In this document: positions 28,795 to 38,350 of the stretch, piece after piece | Numbering within the stretch: position 1 is the first letter of the stretch | Layout: each line of letters starts with the position of its first letter | From: a virus | Lineage: Duplodnaviria; Caudoviricetes | Direction: 5' to 3' (one strand) | Length of the DNA: 64,000 bases | IMG/VR virus record: IMGVR_UViG_3300027852_000032 | Location: 72,910-136,909 of that record | Program-made: the position numbers and the translations under genes | The notes under the pieces: model-generated | Told to the model about the DNA's origin: nothing | The model's input: only the letters and a program-made list of their open reading frames with translations | Databases searched by the model: none

Positions 28795-29870
28795 TATTTC
28801 GCCCCCTTTAAAGCCTTTTTTACTGTTTGTTCACATAAAGGACATACTTCAGGCATTTGCAATTTAAACTCTTTCCTTTCTTTATCAGTCTCTTTCTTTC
28901 TTTTTTTAATTCTGTTTTCCAACAAAATTATTTTATGTATAATACCGGAAAAATCAAATTTCTCCTGCTCTTTTCTTTTGTAATCTTCCAAAATTACAAT
29001 CAATTTATCATTTTGTTTTTTCGCAAGGGTCATTGCAAATAAACTACTTATTTTATCCTCGACAACAGAGATATTATCTACTGTTTTGAAAATTGCATTA
29101 ATAAGATCGTTTTTTTCATCAATAGAATCATCAAGATCAATTAGCTTCATTATTTTCTTTTCAAACAATAATGGTTTTTTCCTTTGCTCTAAATCTTCGT
29201 TTATTTCTTCTATTCTTTCGATATATCTTCTTAAAGTAAAAATTGAGCCAGTTATTTGATGAACATCTTTTTGCAGAGTTTCCAGTTTCAGTAAGATCTT
29301 ATCCGCGGAAGACAACCATTGGTACTCTTTAAGCCCCTTTTTTTTATCAGCTATTGTATCTTCTATTCCTACTTTCAAGAGCCTTTCACTATTCAACATA
29401 GCCGTCATCTCTGTTTGCGTCTTGTTGATCACATCTAACCGAACAGCTTTGTTAATTACTTTCCCAACGTCTCCCGCGGATTTACTCAATAAGAATGGAG
29501 CGTCCATCTGCCTTTGGATACTGACATCATTCATATTGATTATTTCTCCAACTTCTTCCGGTACCCCTGTTCCAAAAGCCTTAAACTCAATATCATCTTT
29601 AGAGTCACAAAAAACAGTATATAAACTCTCTTTTCCTTTTTTTCTTGAAACAATCTTATCCTCAACCTCTATGCAAACCTCCGTTTCTTCTCCCCAATAA
29701 GATATAAATGAATCTCCCCCAGGACGATTGAAAACAACCAAAGACAAAGCTCTCAAGAGAGCGCTTTTACCGCTATCACTTGCCCCAACGATCACATTGA
29801 CTTTAGGTGAAAATTTAAGCTCCGCTGACTTCCAGCTTTGAAAATCAGAAACCGTTAGCGTTTTAATCAT
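28794..29870 (-). CDS. SbcC/Rad50-like ATPase, N-terminal half ending at the zinc hook
   Basis: FQSW, Walker A GASDSGKS, Q-loop IQRQ, coiled coil, C-terminal CPLC. Confidence 0.88.
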   Translation of the reverse strand: MIKTLTVSDFQSWKSAELKFSPKVNVIVGASDSGKSALLRALSLVVFNRPGGDSFISYWGEETEVCIEVEDKIVSRKKGKESLYTVFCDSKDDIEFKAFGTGVPEEVGEIINMNDVSIQRQMDAPFLLSKSAGDVGKVINKAVRLDVINKTQTEMTAMLNSERLLKVGIEDTIADKKKGLKEYQWLSSADKILLKLETLQKDVHQITGSIFTLRRYIERIEEINEDLEQRKKPLLFEKKIMKLIDLDDSIDEKNDLINAIFKTVDNISVVEDKISSLFAMTLAKKQNDKLIVILEDYKRKEQEKFDFSGIIHKIILLENRIKKRKKETDKERKEFKLQMPEVCPLCEQTVKKALKGAK

Positions 29871-30384
29871 TTTTCTTAGCCTTTATCTTTTCATCAATTA
29901 TTTTCAAACATTCCTTAAATTCTTTGCTGATTTTCCCGCTCTTGGGGAACTCAGGTAACTTTTTTCTTTTCGGGAATATTTCAAAATAATATTTCAAAAT
30001 ACGATTAAATTCTCTTTTCCCCAATTTTTTTGGCCTGGGGTTTTCATCAGGGTGGATAAACCTTCCTTTTATTGGTGGGTTCTCAATATAGTTCGCAAGG
30101 TTTCTCAACGCTTCTGGCAAGGAAATATTAAACTTATGCATCCCGTACCGAACAAAAGCGTTTGTAACCTTTCCTTCCCAGCTATTAGCTTGGGCATGTA
30201 AGACCCCCCGCAATAGACCTTTCCCTTCATCTCCTATCCTTTCTTTTTTTGTTTTATGTTTATGATCCATCACGGCTTTATCAAACGGTATTTTTTGCCC
30301 TAAAATGGGGCATCTTTCTTTTTGCTTGCCCCATTGCGCCCGACGTAAAGCTTTCATTTCATCATAAGTAATTTTTCTATTCAC
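29863..30384 (-). CDS. Endonuclease VII-like Holliday junction resolvase
   Basis: Q..RCPIL, VMDHKH, RGVLH..AN..EGK. Confidence 0.85.
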   Translation of the reverse strand: MNRKITYDEMKALRRAQWGKQKERCPILGQKIPFDKAVMDHKHKTKKERIGDEGKGLLRGVLHAQANSWEGKVTNAFVRYGMHKFNISLPEALRNLANYIENPPIKGRFIHPDENPRPKKLGKREFNRILKYYFEIFPKRKKLPEFPKSGKISKEFKECLKIIDEKIKAKKND

Positions 30385-31496
30385 GAATATTTCCTTTTTC
30401 TTTTGAGTTTAATTTGGTCTTCAATTAGCAACCATGCCTCAGCCGTTATTCTCTGCAAATCTTTTTGCAAATCTTTTTCCTCAATCTCCCGAATTAGCTT
30501 TGTTTTTGTCTGAAGTAAATCAAGCCCTTTCGCTTGAATCATTGTTCCTTTTTTCTTCCAATATCCAGAAGAGACTAAAAAGTCAACGCAACTGGAAAGA
30601 TCATCTACCCCATAATCATAATAAATATCAAAGTTTACATCTCTTATCTTCCCTGTGATTTTATTTTTTTTCACGCTGGCTACTATTTTGTTCCCTGTTT
30701 TTCTTTTTAGTTTTTTCACCTCCTTTACAATCGAAGACAGCATATTCAGCCAAACTTGGTGAGAACTGTAAAAGTACGGAGCCATCCCTCCGCTGGTAGA
30801 TTTTTTAGGACCAAACGAAACCCCTATTTTAGCCCTCTCTTGCTGAACGATAAATAACGCACTTTTACTATGCTTAATTTTACCATTTACCATTCTTAGT
30901 GTTTCGCCAATAGCCTTCGCTTTTTCGGTCTTATAACTACCTTTTAACTCCTGGACAGCTTCAGGGGTTTTCGCCTTGACTAAAGCTTGGTTATATTCTC
31001 TCCTAAGCTCTTCATCACTTGTAAGGCTGTCCAAGCTATCTAAAATATAGATGCAAGGTCTTTCTTTTTCCATTCTTGTTAAAATACTTGCTTTGAAGTC
31101 TTGTATAGTTCCACTATGCAGGGGTTTTCCATTTTCATCTACTCCAGGAGGAGAAATTCTTTTTGATAAAGCTTCTCCAAAAAGATACTCGATATTAAAC
31201 CCATCAAAAGTCTCTTCTCCGTCATCATAAATGAAGTCGTAATCATCAAACCTCTTGTTTCTGGCGCATTCAGCTAGCATAGTTAGCATCAACATTGTTT
31301 TTCCACTGGCCGATCCTCCAGGAAGGGTCACGATCCTGCCCAACACGAACGCTCCTGAAGGGTCATCTGAACATGCTAAATTCAACATCGTGCTACCAGA
31401 AGGAATAAGCTCGTCTTTCTCTGCCTTTTTTTTTACTTTCTTTTTTGCTAATGCCTCTATTTGCTGAGACAAAAGACTACTTTTCCTTCTCATCAA
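30381..31496 (-). CDS. recA: RecA/UvsX-like recombinase
   Basis: IPSGS..LNLA, Walker A GGSASGKT, ILDSLDSL, SGG.A..FYSS, KNKI. Confidence 0.88.
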   Translation of the reverse strand: MMRRKSSLLSQQIEALAKKKVKKKAEKDELIPSGSTMLNLACSDDPSGAFVLGRIVTLPGGSASGKTMLMLTMLAECARNKRFDDYDFIYDDGEETFDGFNIEYLFGEALSKRISPPGVDENGKPLHSGTIQDFKASILTRMEKERPCIYILDSLDSLTSDEELRREYNQALVKAKTPEAVQELKGSYKTEKAKAIGETLRMVNGKIKHSKSALFIVQQERAKIGVSFGPKKSTSGGMAPYFYSSHQVWLNMLSSIVKEVKKLKRKTGNKIVASVKKNKITGKIRDVNFDIYYDYGVDDLSSCVDFLVSSGYWKKKGTMIQAKGLDLLQTKTKLIREIEEKDLQKDLQRITAEAWLLIEDQIKLKRKRKYS

Positions 31497-31674
31497 CGTT
31501 TCCTTCTTCTAACATTCTAAGTAACAATTTTTCATCAATTCTCCACCTACCTCCAATCTTAATTCCAATTTTATAAATTTTCGCCCATTTGATGATTGAT
31601 GGCAATGACACGGGGATCGTTTTTTTACTTTCACAAACCTTCAAAGCCTCTGTGGTAGAAATCATTTTTTTCAT
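31477..31674 (-). CDS. Small helix-turn-helix DNA-binding protein (excisionase-like fold)
   Basis: ISTTEA...SLPSIIKW...KIGGRWRI. Confidence 0.7.
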   Translation of the reverse strand: MKKMISTTEALKVCESKKTIPVSLPSIIKWAKIYKIGIKIGGRWRIDEKLLLRMLEEGNVDEKEK

Positions 31675-31719
31675 TAGTTTCTCTTTTTTTTGAATAACGT
31701 TCTAAGTCGTTTTTCTTTT

Positions 31720-33051
31720 TTAATTTTCTTTAGACCCTTTCCTCGCCCTTGATCTTGTTTTTGGTTTTTCTTTTTCTTTTTCTTCGGTTTTTGCCTTTGA
31801 TCTTGATCTTGTTTTTGGTTTTTCTTCGGTTTTTGCCTTTGACCTTGATCTTGTTTTTGGTTTTTCTTTTTCTTCGGTTTTTGCCTTTGATCTTGTTTTT
31901 GCCTTTGATCTTGATCTTGTTTTTGGTTTTTCTTCGGTTTTTGCCTTTGATCTTGATCTTGTTTTTGGTTTTTCTTCGGTTTTTGCTTTTTTCATTTCAT
32001 CCTGCTTCTCAACACAGCGTTGAAAAATTTCTTCCTCGCAATTTTCGCAATCCCGAGAATCAAGATCACAGCCTGCACCAAATTCATTACCTACAGGGCA
32101 AATATCGTCTGATTCACTTTCCCAAGGACCATCACCCTCCTGCTCCTGATCACAGCCTGCACCAAATTCATCACCTTCCTGCCCATCATCTGATCCACTT
32201 TCCCAAGGGTCACCACCCTCCTGCTCCTGATCATCGCCGGGACCATCACCTTCCTGCCCACCGTCTGGGTCCATGCCAAGATGGGCTCTTGCAATTTCCT
32301 CATAAGTCGAAATAACCATCATTTTATCTAAAGGATAGACTTTGTCCAGTATGCTCTCTTCGTACTGATCTCTTTCTTTAAACGAAATTGAATGATATTC
32401 AATAAAGGTATTTTTACCCAATCTTTTCTCACGCCCCTTGAACTCGACACTGGAGCCCATTTCCAAGTCGCTAAAGGTAATAATACCTTCGTCATCTGTT
32501 TCCATCGCTTCTTGCAGGATTTCTTCAAAAAGGTAATAAGAAACATCTTCCCATAATTGGACGGGATCTCCTTCCCCTTCGTAGTCGTAAACATTATAAA
32601 AACATCTCCAGCTCGCTTTTAAGGAGTCAACCTTCTCTTTATCTTGCTCGCTTTTTTCTTTGTCCCATTCAGCATATAACTCTTCGCAAATAGGACATTT
32701 TTTCCCGAAAGCCATTCTGGGGCATACGAAAATATCGTTGTTTTCTCCTATGTTACGATGAATAGGAATCTCAAGCTTATAATCCGTAAACCCGACATCA
32801 AGCCCAATTACACTGCCTGAAACACTCTTCAAATCCTTATACCATTCTTGGGTAATCTCAAAAGGAAGAATATCAATATAATTCACCTCTCTTCCTGAGC
32901 CCGGCTCGTACCTAATTATTTTCCTATCACCCGCTTTTGAAAAATCTAAGGCTGATTTCCTCCCTAATCCTTTTTGACCTCTTTCTGTTACCCCTTTTTT
33001 AGTCCTGTTCTTAAGAGCCTCTCTTCTTTGGGCTGCTGATACTCTTGGCAT
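31720..33051 (-). CDS. ssDNA-binding protein (gp32-like) with acidic, Cys-rich and basic repeat tail
   Basis: IDILPF, H..IG, CP....KKCPICE, R.FYNV core; position among recombination genes. Confidence 0.7.
   Translation of the reverse strand: MPRVSAAQRREALKNRTKKGVTERGQKGLGRKSALDFSKAGDRKIIRYEPGSGREVNYIDILPFEITQEWYKDLKSVSGSVIGLDVGFTDYKLEIPIHRNIGENNDIFVCPRMAFGKKCPICEELYAEWDKEKSEQDKEKVDSLKASWRCFYNVYDYEGEGDPVQLWEDVSYYLFEEILQEAMETDDEGIITFSDLEMGSSVEFKGREKRLGKNTFIEYHSISFKERDQYEESILDKVYPLDKMMVISTYEEIARAHLGMDPDGGQEGDGPGDDQEQEGGDPWESGSDDGQEGDEFGAGCDQEQEGDGPWESESDDICPVGNEFGAGCDLDSRDCENCEEEIFQRCVEKQDEMKKAKTEEKPKTRSRSKAKTEEKPKTRSRSKAKTRSKAKTEEKEKPKTRSRSKAKTEEKPKTRSRSKAKTEEKEKEKPKTRSRARKGSKEN
31745..31986. 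repeat. Tandem ~42-bp coding repeat (KAKTEEKPKTRSRS)n
   Basis: Repeated GATCTTGTTTTTGGTTTTTCTTCGGTTTTTGCCTTT units. Confidence 0.9.
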
Positions 33052-33191
33052 GTTCTCTCCTCTTTATCTCAAAAAACGTCTTAATAAAAATAACCGAAAA
33101 AATTCTTGCGACAATAGAAAATAATAAAAAAAATAAGGCTACTATCAAAAAACATTGCGATATCTGTATGAGTAATCCCATATATATCTCT

Positions 33192-33728
33192 TTATTTTTT
33201 CTTTTTCTTTTTGTTCATAGCTGCTCTCACTGCTTTTGTATTTTCATCTTTGTTTTTGGCCCCGATACTCTTTTTCGGATCAATCTGTTTTTTCTCTACA
33301 GGAACAGAAAAATAATCCGCCAGCCACAATTTAACTTCATTTTCAAGTGCAGTTTTTCTATCATCGAAAGCTTGTACGGCATTTTTTGCCATACTCAAAT
33401 CGTACTCATCACTAATCAATTCATTTTGCAAAAAAGATAATTCTTTTTTTGCAGAAGAATCTTCTGACAAACCAGCCACCACCGCTTCTATCTGCTGCAT
33501 CGTGTACTTTGGGAACCTCTCTTTGGCTTGTAAAATGAACCTTGAAAGTTCATCCGTCACTGCGGATTTCTTTAAACCAATTGATAATTTTTTCTGTTTG
33601 CAAACTTTATCAAGATGAGAAACCTCGGCAGCGTATTTATACCTGAAAGACGCATGGTTTTTCCACTCTTCTTGTAAATCATCAAGGTCTATTTTCATTT
33701 CTTCTTCAAAATTAAATTTTTTTTCCAT
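33192..33728 (-). CDS. UvsY-like recombination mediator
   Basis: Helical; KIDLDDL.EEW..H, AF..RK.ALEN.VKLW...YF. Confidence 0.6.
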   Translation of the reverse strand: MEKKFNFEEEMKIDLDDLQEEWKNHASFRYKYAAEVSHLDKVCKQKKLSIGLKKSAVTDELSRFILQAKERFPKYTMQQIEAVVAGLSEDSSAKKELSFLQNELISDEYDLSMAKNAVQAFDDRKTALENEVKLWLADYFSVPVEKKQIDPKKSIGAKNKDENTKAVRAAMNKKKKKK

Positions 33729-33775
33729 TTTTCTTTCCTTTTCTTTTTAAATCTCAAATAGAGGGTTTCATAAAT

Positions 33776-33875
33776 AAATTAAATACTCGCCTCATTAAAG
33801 ATCCTCTATCAAGACGGGAGGATCTTTAACGAATCAATGTCATCGTACCTCTTTTCAAATTGAATGGGCTTTAAC
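33776..33875. repeat. Dispersed ~100-bp element, copy A
   Basis: TTAAAGATCCTC-N11-GAGGATCTTTAA hairpin plus TCAATGTCATCGTAC; aligns with 46941 and inverted 49621. Confidence 0.9.
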
Positions 33876-33888
33876 AGTATATTAAGCT

Positions 33889-34824
33889 CTATTCTAAAGA
33901 TTGATATGTTGCCAGAACAATCCCGGGCATACCTGAGTAAAATGAAGGCTCTTTAAAAAGATCGATAATTAATGCGGCTTGAGGATCCCCTCCGTTCAAC
34001 AAGACGGCGGACATATACCCTAAAATGGCTCTCCTGAACTTTTCAGGATCAGTTCCCTTCAGCTTTTTCAAAATTGAAGACGCTTTTTTCCAACTGGAAC
34101 CTTTGAGCATTGCTTGACAAAGTTCTCTCACATCTTTTTCTTCTACCTTTGCATTTTTAACCGCACCGAGCATCTCTTCTTCAGGAAGATCAATGACCTG
34201 ATCTAACGTCACTAATGCTTGCCGAGGGCAGCCATCAGAAACCTCAACAATTTCATCTTTTACATCATCAGGTATACCAACGTCCTCTTCTGTCGAAACC
34301 CAATTTAATAGCTGATAAAGCCCTTTATCGTTTACATTCTCAACCTCAAAAGTAGAGCACCTGTTAAGGATCGTCTTGAGCAATTTCTCTGGCTCAGTCG
34401 TGCAAAGAAGGAAGTATGTGTGTTCGGGGGAATCCTCTAACGCTTTAAGCAACGAATTTTGAAAATCTTTTGTTGCTTGATGAACTTCATCAAGGAGCCA
34501 AACTCTACACTCAGAAATCGCAGGATGATAATGCATTGTTTGCATTATTGATCTGGCGGTATCTATCCCTCTGTTGTTACTTGCGTTAATCTCGATAAAG
34601 TCCCCGTTTGGCTCATCATTAATCTTTTCGGGGCAGCCTAATTTTTCGGCAACTATCCTTGCTAACGTTGTTTTCCCGCACCCGCTCTGGCCTGAAAATA
34701 ACATAGCGTGAGGAATATTTTCTTTTTCCCGAGACAGAATAGATTTCAAACTTGAGATAACGCCTTTATTTCCAATGACCTCTTCAAAACTTTGGGGTCT
34801 GTAATCTATATGTAAACTTCCCAT
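33889..34824 (-). CDS. dnaX: Clamp loader, DNA polymerase III gamma/tau-like
   Basis: YRPQSFEEVIG, GQSGCGKTT, LLDEVH, NSLLKALE, TILNRC. Confidence 0.92.
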   Translation of the reverse strand: MGSLHIDYRPQSFEEVIGNKGVISSLKSILSREKENIPHAMLFSGQSGCGKTTLARIVAEKLGCPEKINDEPNGDFIEINASNNRGIDTARSIMQTMHYHPAISECRVWLLDEVHQATKDFQNSLLKALEDSPEHTYFLLCTTEPEKLLKTILNRCSTFEVENVNDKGLYQLLNWVSTEEDVGIPDDVKDEIVEVSDGCPRQALVTLDQVIDLPEEEMLGAVKNAKVEEKDVRELCQAMLKGSSWKKASSILKKLKGTDPEKFRRAILGYMSAVLLNGGDPQAALIIDLFKEPSFYSGMPGIVLATYQSLE

Positions 34825-34828
34825 ATTT

Positions 34829-37800
34829 TTATTTCCTTTTTTCCAATAAACTCACTTTATTTACGAAGTTTTCAATCCCTTTTTGAAAAGGAATTGAATT
34901 GTCTTTTTTACTTTTCAAAACAAAAGAGGGATCGACGCACCAACAACACCAAGCCCCGATGCTTTCCACCCATTCTGTTTCCCCACTCATCTCTAAAATT
35001 CCCTCTTTTCGCCCTGTTAAAGAGTAAAGAGCCGTATCTCCGCAAGCAAGAATAATTCTGGATTGTATTTTTCTCGATTCTTCGTGCAACCAACGATGAC
35101 ACGAATCAATTTCAAAATGAGTTGGTTTTTTTGTTTGGCTCGGCCAGCAACGGCAACAATGGGTAATATGAAAAAACCTTCGAGAATAACCATACTTTTT
35201 TAATTCTTTCCATAACAAATCTCCCGCCCGACCAACACCCCCTTTTTTCTCTTCGTCCTCAATTCTTCCCGGGAACCCTAACAGTATTATTGCATTATAT
35301 ACTCCCAAAGAAGATAAGATCGCTCTATTTTTTACATATTTTCTTAAATCACAATTATTGCAACGGAAAACCTTATCTTCAACCCTAAATCTTTTTCTTT
35401 TAATGAGGTTATCGGGAATTTCAGATGACTCAAGATTTAAACTTGCAAAATCAGGTAAATCCTTTAAAGAAATATTCTCCTCAAACAATTCTACTAACTG
35501 TGAATATTTTTCAATTTTACTTCCTTGCAAATCAATATGAGGGAAATATTTACTCAGAACAGATACAGGTAAAATCGCATCTATTTCATCAACACATAAA
35601 TCTAATAATATTTCATCAAATCGTGTGTTTGAAGTTTCTTTTACGACCTGACTTTTAAAAAAACCTTGGAGCCTATTTTTTCTAACAGGCTCTAAACACT
35701 TAGAGGCATTATTTTCCCCGATCCCATTAATTTCAATAAATGGGATATATAGGGTACCCCCTATAAACCTCCATTCTTTTGCATTTGAAAAATTCCTTTT
35801 AGGGGTAATAATCATATACCCCTGTTGTCTGACCTCAGATAACAAAGAATTTTTATGTTTGTTTGGATCAGTTGCCTTTTCATTCCATTCTCCATATGTA
35901 AGGCTTGCAGCAAAAAATTCTTTTTCGTAATGTGTTTTAAGATATGCCGTTTGATACGCAATTAAAGCGTATGCAGTCGCATGACTTTTATTAAACCCAT
36001 AACTTGACCATTTTAAAAGACCCTCCCAAAACTCCTCCGCCTCCTTTTGGGAGAAAGTTTTCATCTTCCTGCACCCCTGCGAAAATTGCTCCCAAAACGG
36101 TTTAAACTCTTTTGGGTCTCTTTTTTTGCCGATGACCTTTCGAATTTTATCGGCTATTGATTCGCTCAGCCCTGCTACTCTAGAAATAACTTGCATAACT
36201 TGTTCTTGGTACACCAGCAATCCATATGTTTCTTTTGTTACCTCCTCATAAATAGGATGTAAAGGTTTCCATTTTTGCCCATGCTTTCTTTTTACATATT
36301 CTTCTGTCATTCCACTATCGGTCGGTCCTGGCCGAGCTAAAGCAATTCCTGCGACAATATCCATAAATGAATGTATTTCCATTTTTTTGCAAAGTTCGGT
36401 GCAGGAACGCCCCGACAATTGGAACATGCCTGAAGTTTTTCCAGATGTAATTTTATCAAAGGTTTCTTTATCTTCTATCGGAATTTTATCAAAAGAGAAC
36501 TCAATTTGTTTGTAATCTTTATATTTTTCTTCGAACTCAACTTCCATAATTTTCAAAATCAAATAACGCCCTGTTACAGGATCTTGAAAAAGGCCAGTTG
36601 AACTACAATCATCGTTAATGAGTCGGCGGCATTCCGACAAAACGGAAAGGGTTGAAAGTCCAAGTATGTCTAATTTCATCAACCCCATGTACTCGCTATC
36701 TTCCATATCCCAATTACAAACAATTCTATCATTTCTTTTGACCAAAACACATTTTCCTGCGGTCGTTAAATCCTCTTTTGAAACAACAACGGCGGCAGCA
36801 TGGGCACCTGCACCTCTTATTTGCCCCTCCATTTTCAATATCAAGCGAACTACTTTCGGGTATTTTGCAGCGAAATATCTACCTTCCTCTGTATTATCGA
36901 TGGAAGATTGGATAGCGCTACCCTCAATATGTTCTCCCTTTCTTATTGAGTTCGCGAAAAAATTGGTATCTTTTTGGGAAACCTCCATCACCCTGCAAAC
37001 ATCTCTAATTGCCGCTCTGGACTGCATCCTCATAACTGTTGAAATACCACAGGTATTATTTTTTCCGTAAACCTCTTTTATTCGAAGAATGACCTCTTTT
37101 CTATACCTCTTCTCAAAGTCAATATCAATATCAGGCCAGTCCCCTCGATCTTCAGAAATAAACCGGCTAAAAGACAGGCCGAACACAATTGGGTCAACTT
37201 GAGTGATTCCGAGAAGATAAGCGATAAGTGACCCCCCTACACTGCCTCTGCCCGGTCCGACCATTATCCCTTTTTTTCTCGACCAGTCAATTAAATCGTG
37301 GACAATAAGGAAATATCTTTCAAACTTTTTCTCCGTAATTAATTTGAGCTCTTGGGAATATCTTTTTTGGTACTCAGCAGAAAAGACCTCTGTTCCAAAT
37401 ATTTTTAGATATCCTTGCGTACACAAATCACCTAACACTTTTTTTTCACTCTGCTTTTGAATTCCTGGAGGTTTTGGCAAAGATATTTCTTTTTCCGAAA
37501 GTTTAAATTTAGAACATTGTTCAGCAATCTTTATCGTGTTTTTCATTGCTTGAATCGCGGTATCTTTTGACCAATCTTTTTGATCTTCAAAAGCCTGTAA
37601 CATCTCACCCGCTGTCCTCAAATGAAGACCTTTAAACCCAAAAGACCATCTTGCGGGATCTTTCCATTTCGCCCTTCTATTGATCGCGAGTAACATATCT
37701 TGTGATTCCCATTCATCTTCTTTTGTATAATGACAATCATTCGTCGCGATGAAAGGAATATTTTTGTATTTTTTAGCCAATTTCTTTATTTTACTATGAA

Positions 37801-38323
37801 TGTCTTTTTGCGATGGAATATTATGTGGCATTATTTCAAAATAAACATCCGTTTTTTTATCCAATTCTTTTAACAGGTCTTCTGCCCCAGGCAAATTCAA
37901 GAATGATCCTGAACAAGCAGTAGAAATAATCAACCCCGACAAATCAGAATTCAAAAGCAGATTATAATCAATTCTGGGGGAATAATAAAAACCGGATAAA
38001 TTCGCTTCCGTCAAGAGAGAGCAAAGGGTTTTCCATCCGTCTTCGTTTGCAACAAACAAGCTGATGTGTCCTTTTTTTTCTTTTTGCTTAATATGTCTGT
38101 CAGGAACGATATAGGCTTCACACCCTAAAACATGATTAATATTTTGTTTTTCGCATTCTTTTTGCCATTGCAAAAGGCCATCAATATTCCCATGATTTGT
38201 TAACCCTATATATTGAAAACCAAGATCCTTTGCTTCCTTTATATATTTTTGCGAAGATCCGTACCCGTCAAGATGCGAATGCTCTGAGTGTAAATGCAAA
38301 TGTGCAAAATCTTTGTTATTCAC
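34829..38323 (-). CDS. dnaE: DNA polymerase III alpha subunit with C-terminal uracil-DNA glycosylase-like domain
   Basis: PHP HLHLHS..S.LDG and ATNDCHY; GPGRGS, PDIDIDF, HAAAVV, KLDILGL, YQEQVM, YGFNKSH; C-terminal CNNC...CCRCWP...SC...ILACG. Confidence 0.95.
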   Translation of the reverse strand: MNNKDFAHLHLHSEHSHLDGYGSSQKYIKEAKDLGFQYIGLTNHGNIDGLLQWQKECEKQNINHVLGCEAYIVPDRHIKQKEKKGHISLFVANEDGWKTLCSLLTEANLSGFYYSPRIDYNLLLNSDLSGLIISTACSGSFLNLPGAEDLLKELDKKTDVYFEIMPHNIPSQKDIHSKIKKLAKKYKNIPFIATNDCHYTKEDEWESQDMLLAINRRAKWKDPARWSFGFKGLHLRTAGEMLQAFEDQKDWSKDTAIQAMKNTIKIAEQCSKFKLSEKEISLPKPPGIQKQSEKKVLGDLCTQGYLKIFGTEVFSAEYQKRYSQELKLITEKKFERYFLIVHDLIDWSRKKGIMVGPGRGSVGGSLIAYLLGITQVDPIVFGLSFSRFISEDRGDWPDIDIDFEKRYRKEVILRIKEVYGKNNTCGISTVMRMQSRAAIRDVCRVMEVSQKDTNFFANSIRKGEHIEGSAIQSSIDNTEEGRYFAAKYPKVVRLILKMEGQIRGAGAHAAAVVVSKEDLTTAGKCVLVKRNDRIVCNWDMEDSEYMGLMKLDILGLSTLSVLSECRRLINDDCSSTGLFQDPVTGRYLILKIMEVEFEEKYKDYKQIEFSFDKIPIEDKETFDKITSGKTSGMFQLSGRSCTELCKKMEIHSFMDIVAGIALARPGPTDSGMTEEYVKRKHGQKWKPLHPIYEEVTKETYGLLVYQEQVMQVISRVAGLSESIADKIRKVIGKKRDPKEFKPFWEQFSQGCRKMKTFSQKEAEEFWEGLLKWSSYGFNKSHATAYALIAYQTAYLKTHYEKEFFAASLTYGEWNEKATDPNKHKNSLLSEVRQQGYMIITPKRNFSNAKEWRFIGGTLYIPFIEINGIGENNASKCLEPVRKNRLQGFFKSQVVKETSNTRFDEILLDLCVDEIDAILPVSVLSKYFPHIDLQGSKIEKYSQLVELFEENISLKDLPDFASLNLESSEIPDNLIKRKRFRVEDKVFRCNNCDLRKYVKNRAILSSLGVYNAIILLGFPGRIEDEEKKGGVGRAGDLLWKELKKYGYSRRFFHITHCCRCWPSQTKKPTHFEIDSCHRWLHEESRKIQSRIILACGDTALYSLTGRKEGILEMSGETEWVESIGAWCCWCVDPSFVLKSKKDNSIPFQKGIENFVNKVSLLEKRK

Positions 38324-38350
38324 GAATTACCCCTCATAGTTCAAAAATTA

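Noticed and set aside
31477-31674. Integration/excision module
   Set aside because: Only an excisionase-like HTH; no integrase or att site recognised in the full genome unit
31745-31986. CRISPR-like array
   Set aside because: Repeats are contiguous with no unique spacers, lie in frame in a coding region, and no cas genes are present
31749-32315. Plus-strand hydrophobic ORF, and similar antisense ORFs (e.g. 33045..33440, 42507..42917, 36618..37070)
   Set aside because: Shadow frames of minus-strand genes or low-complexity repeats, with no RBS or motif support
33776-33875. preQ1 riboswitch as the identity of the 100-bp element
   Set aside because: Lacks the class I stem plus A-rich tail pattern, is not upstream of que genes, and one copy is inverted
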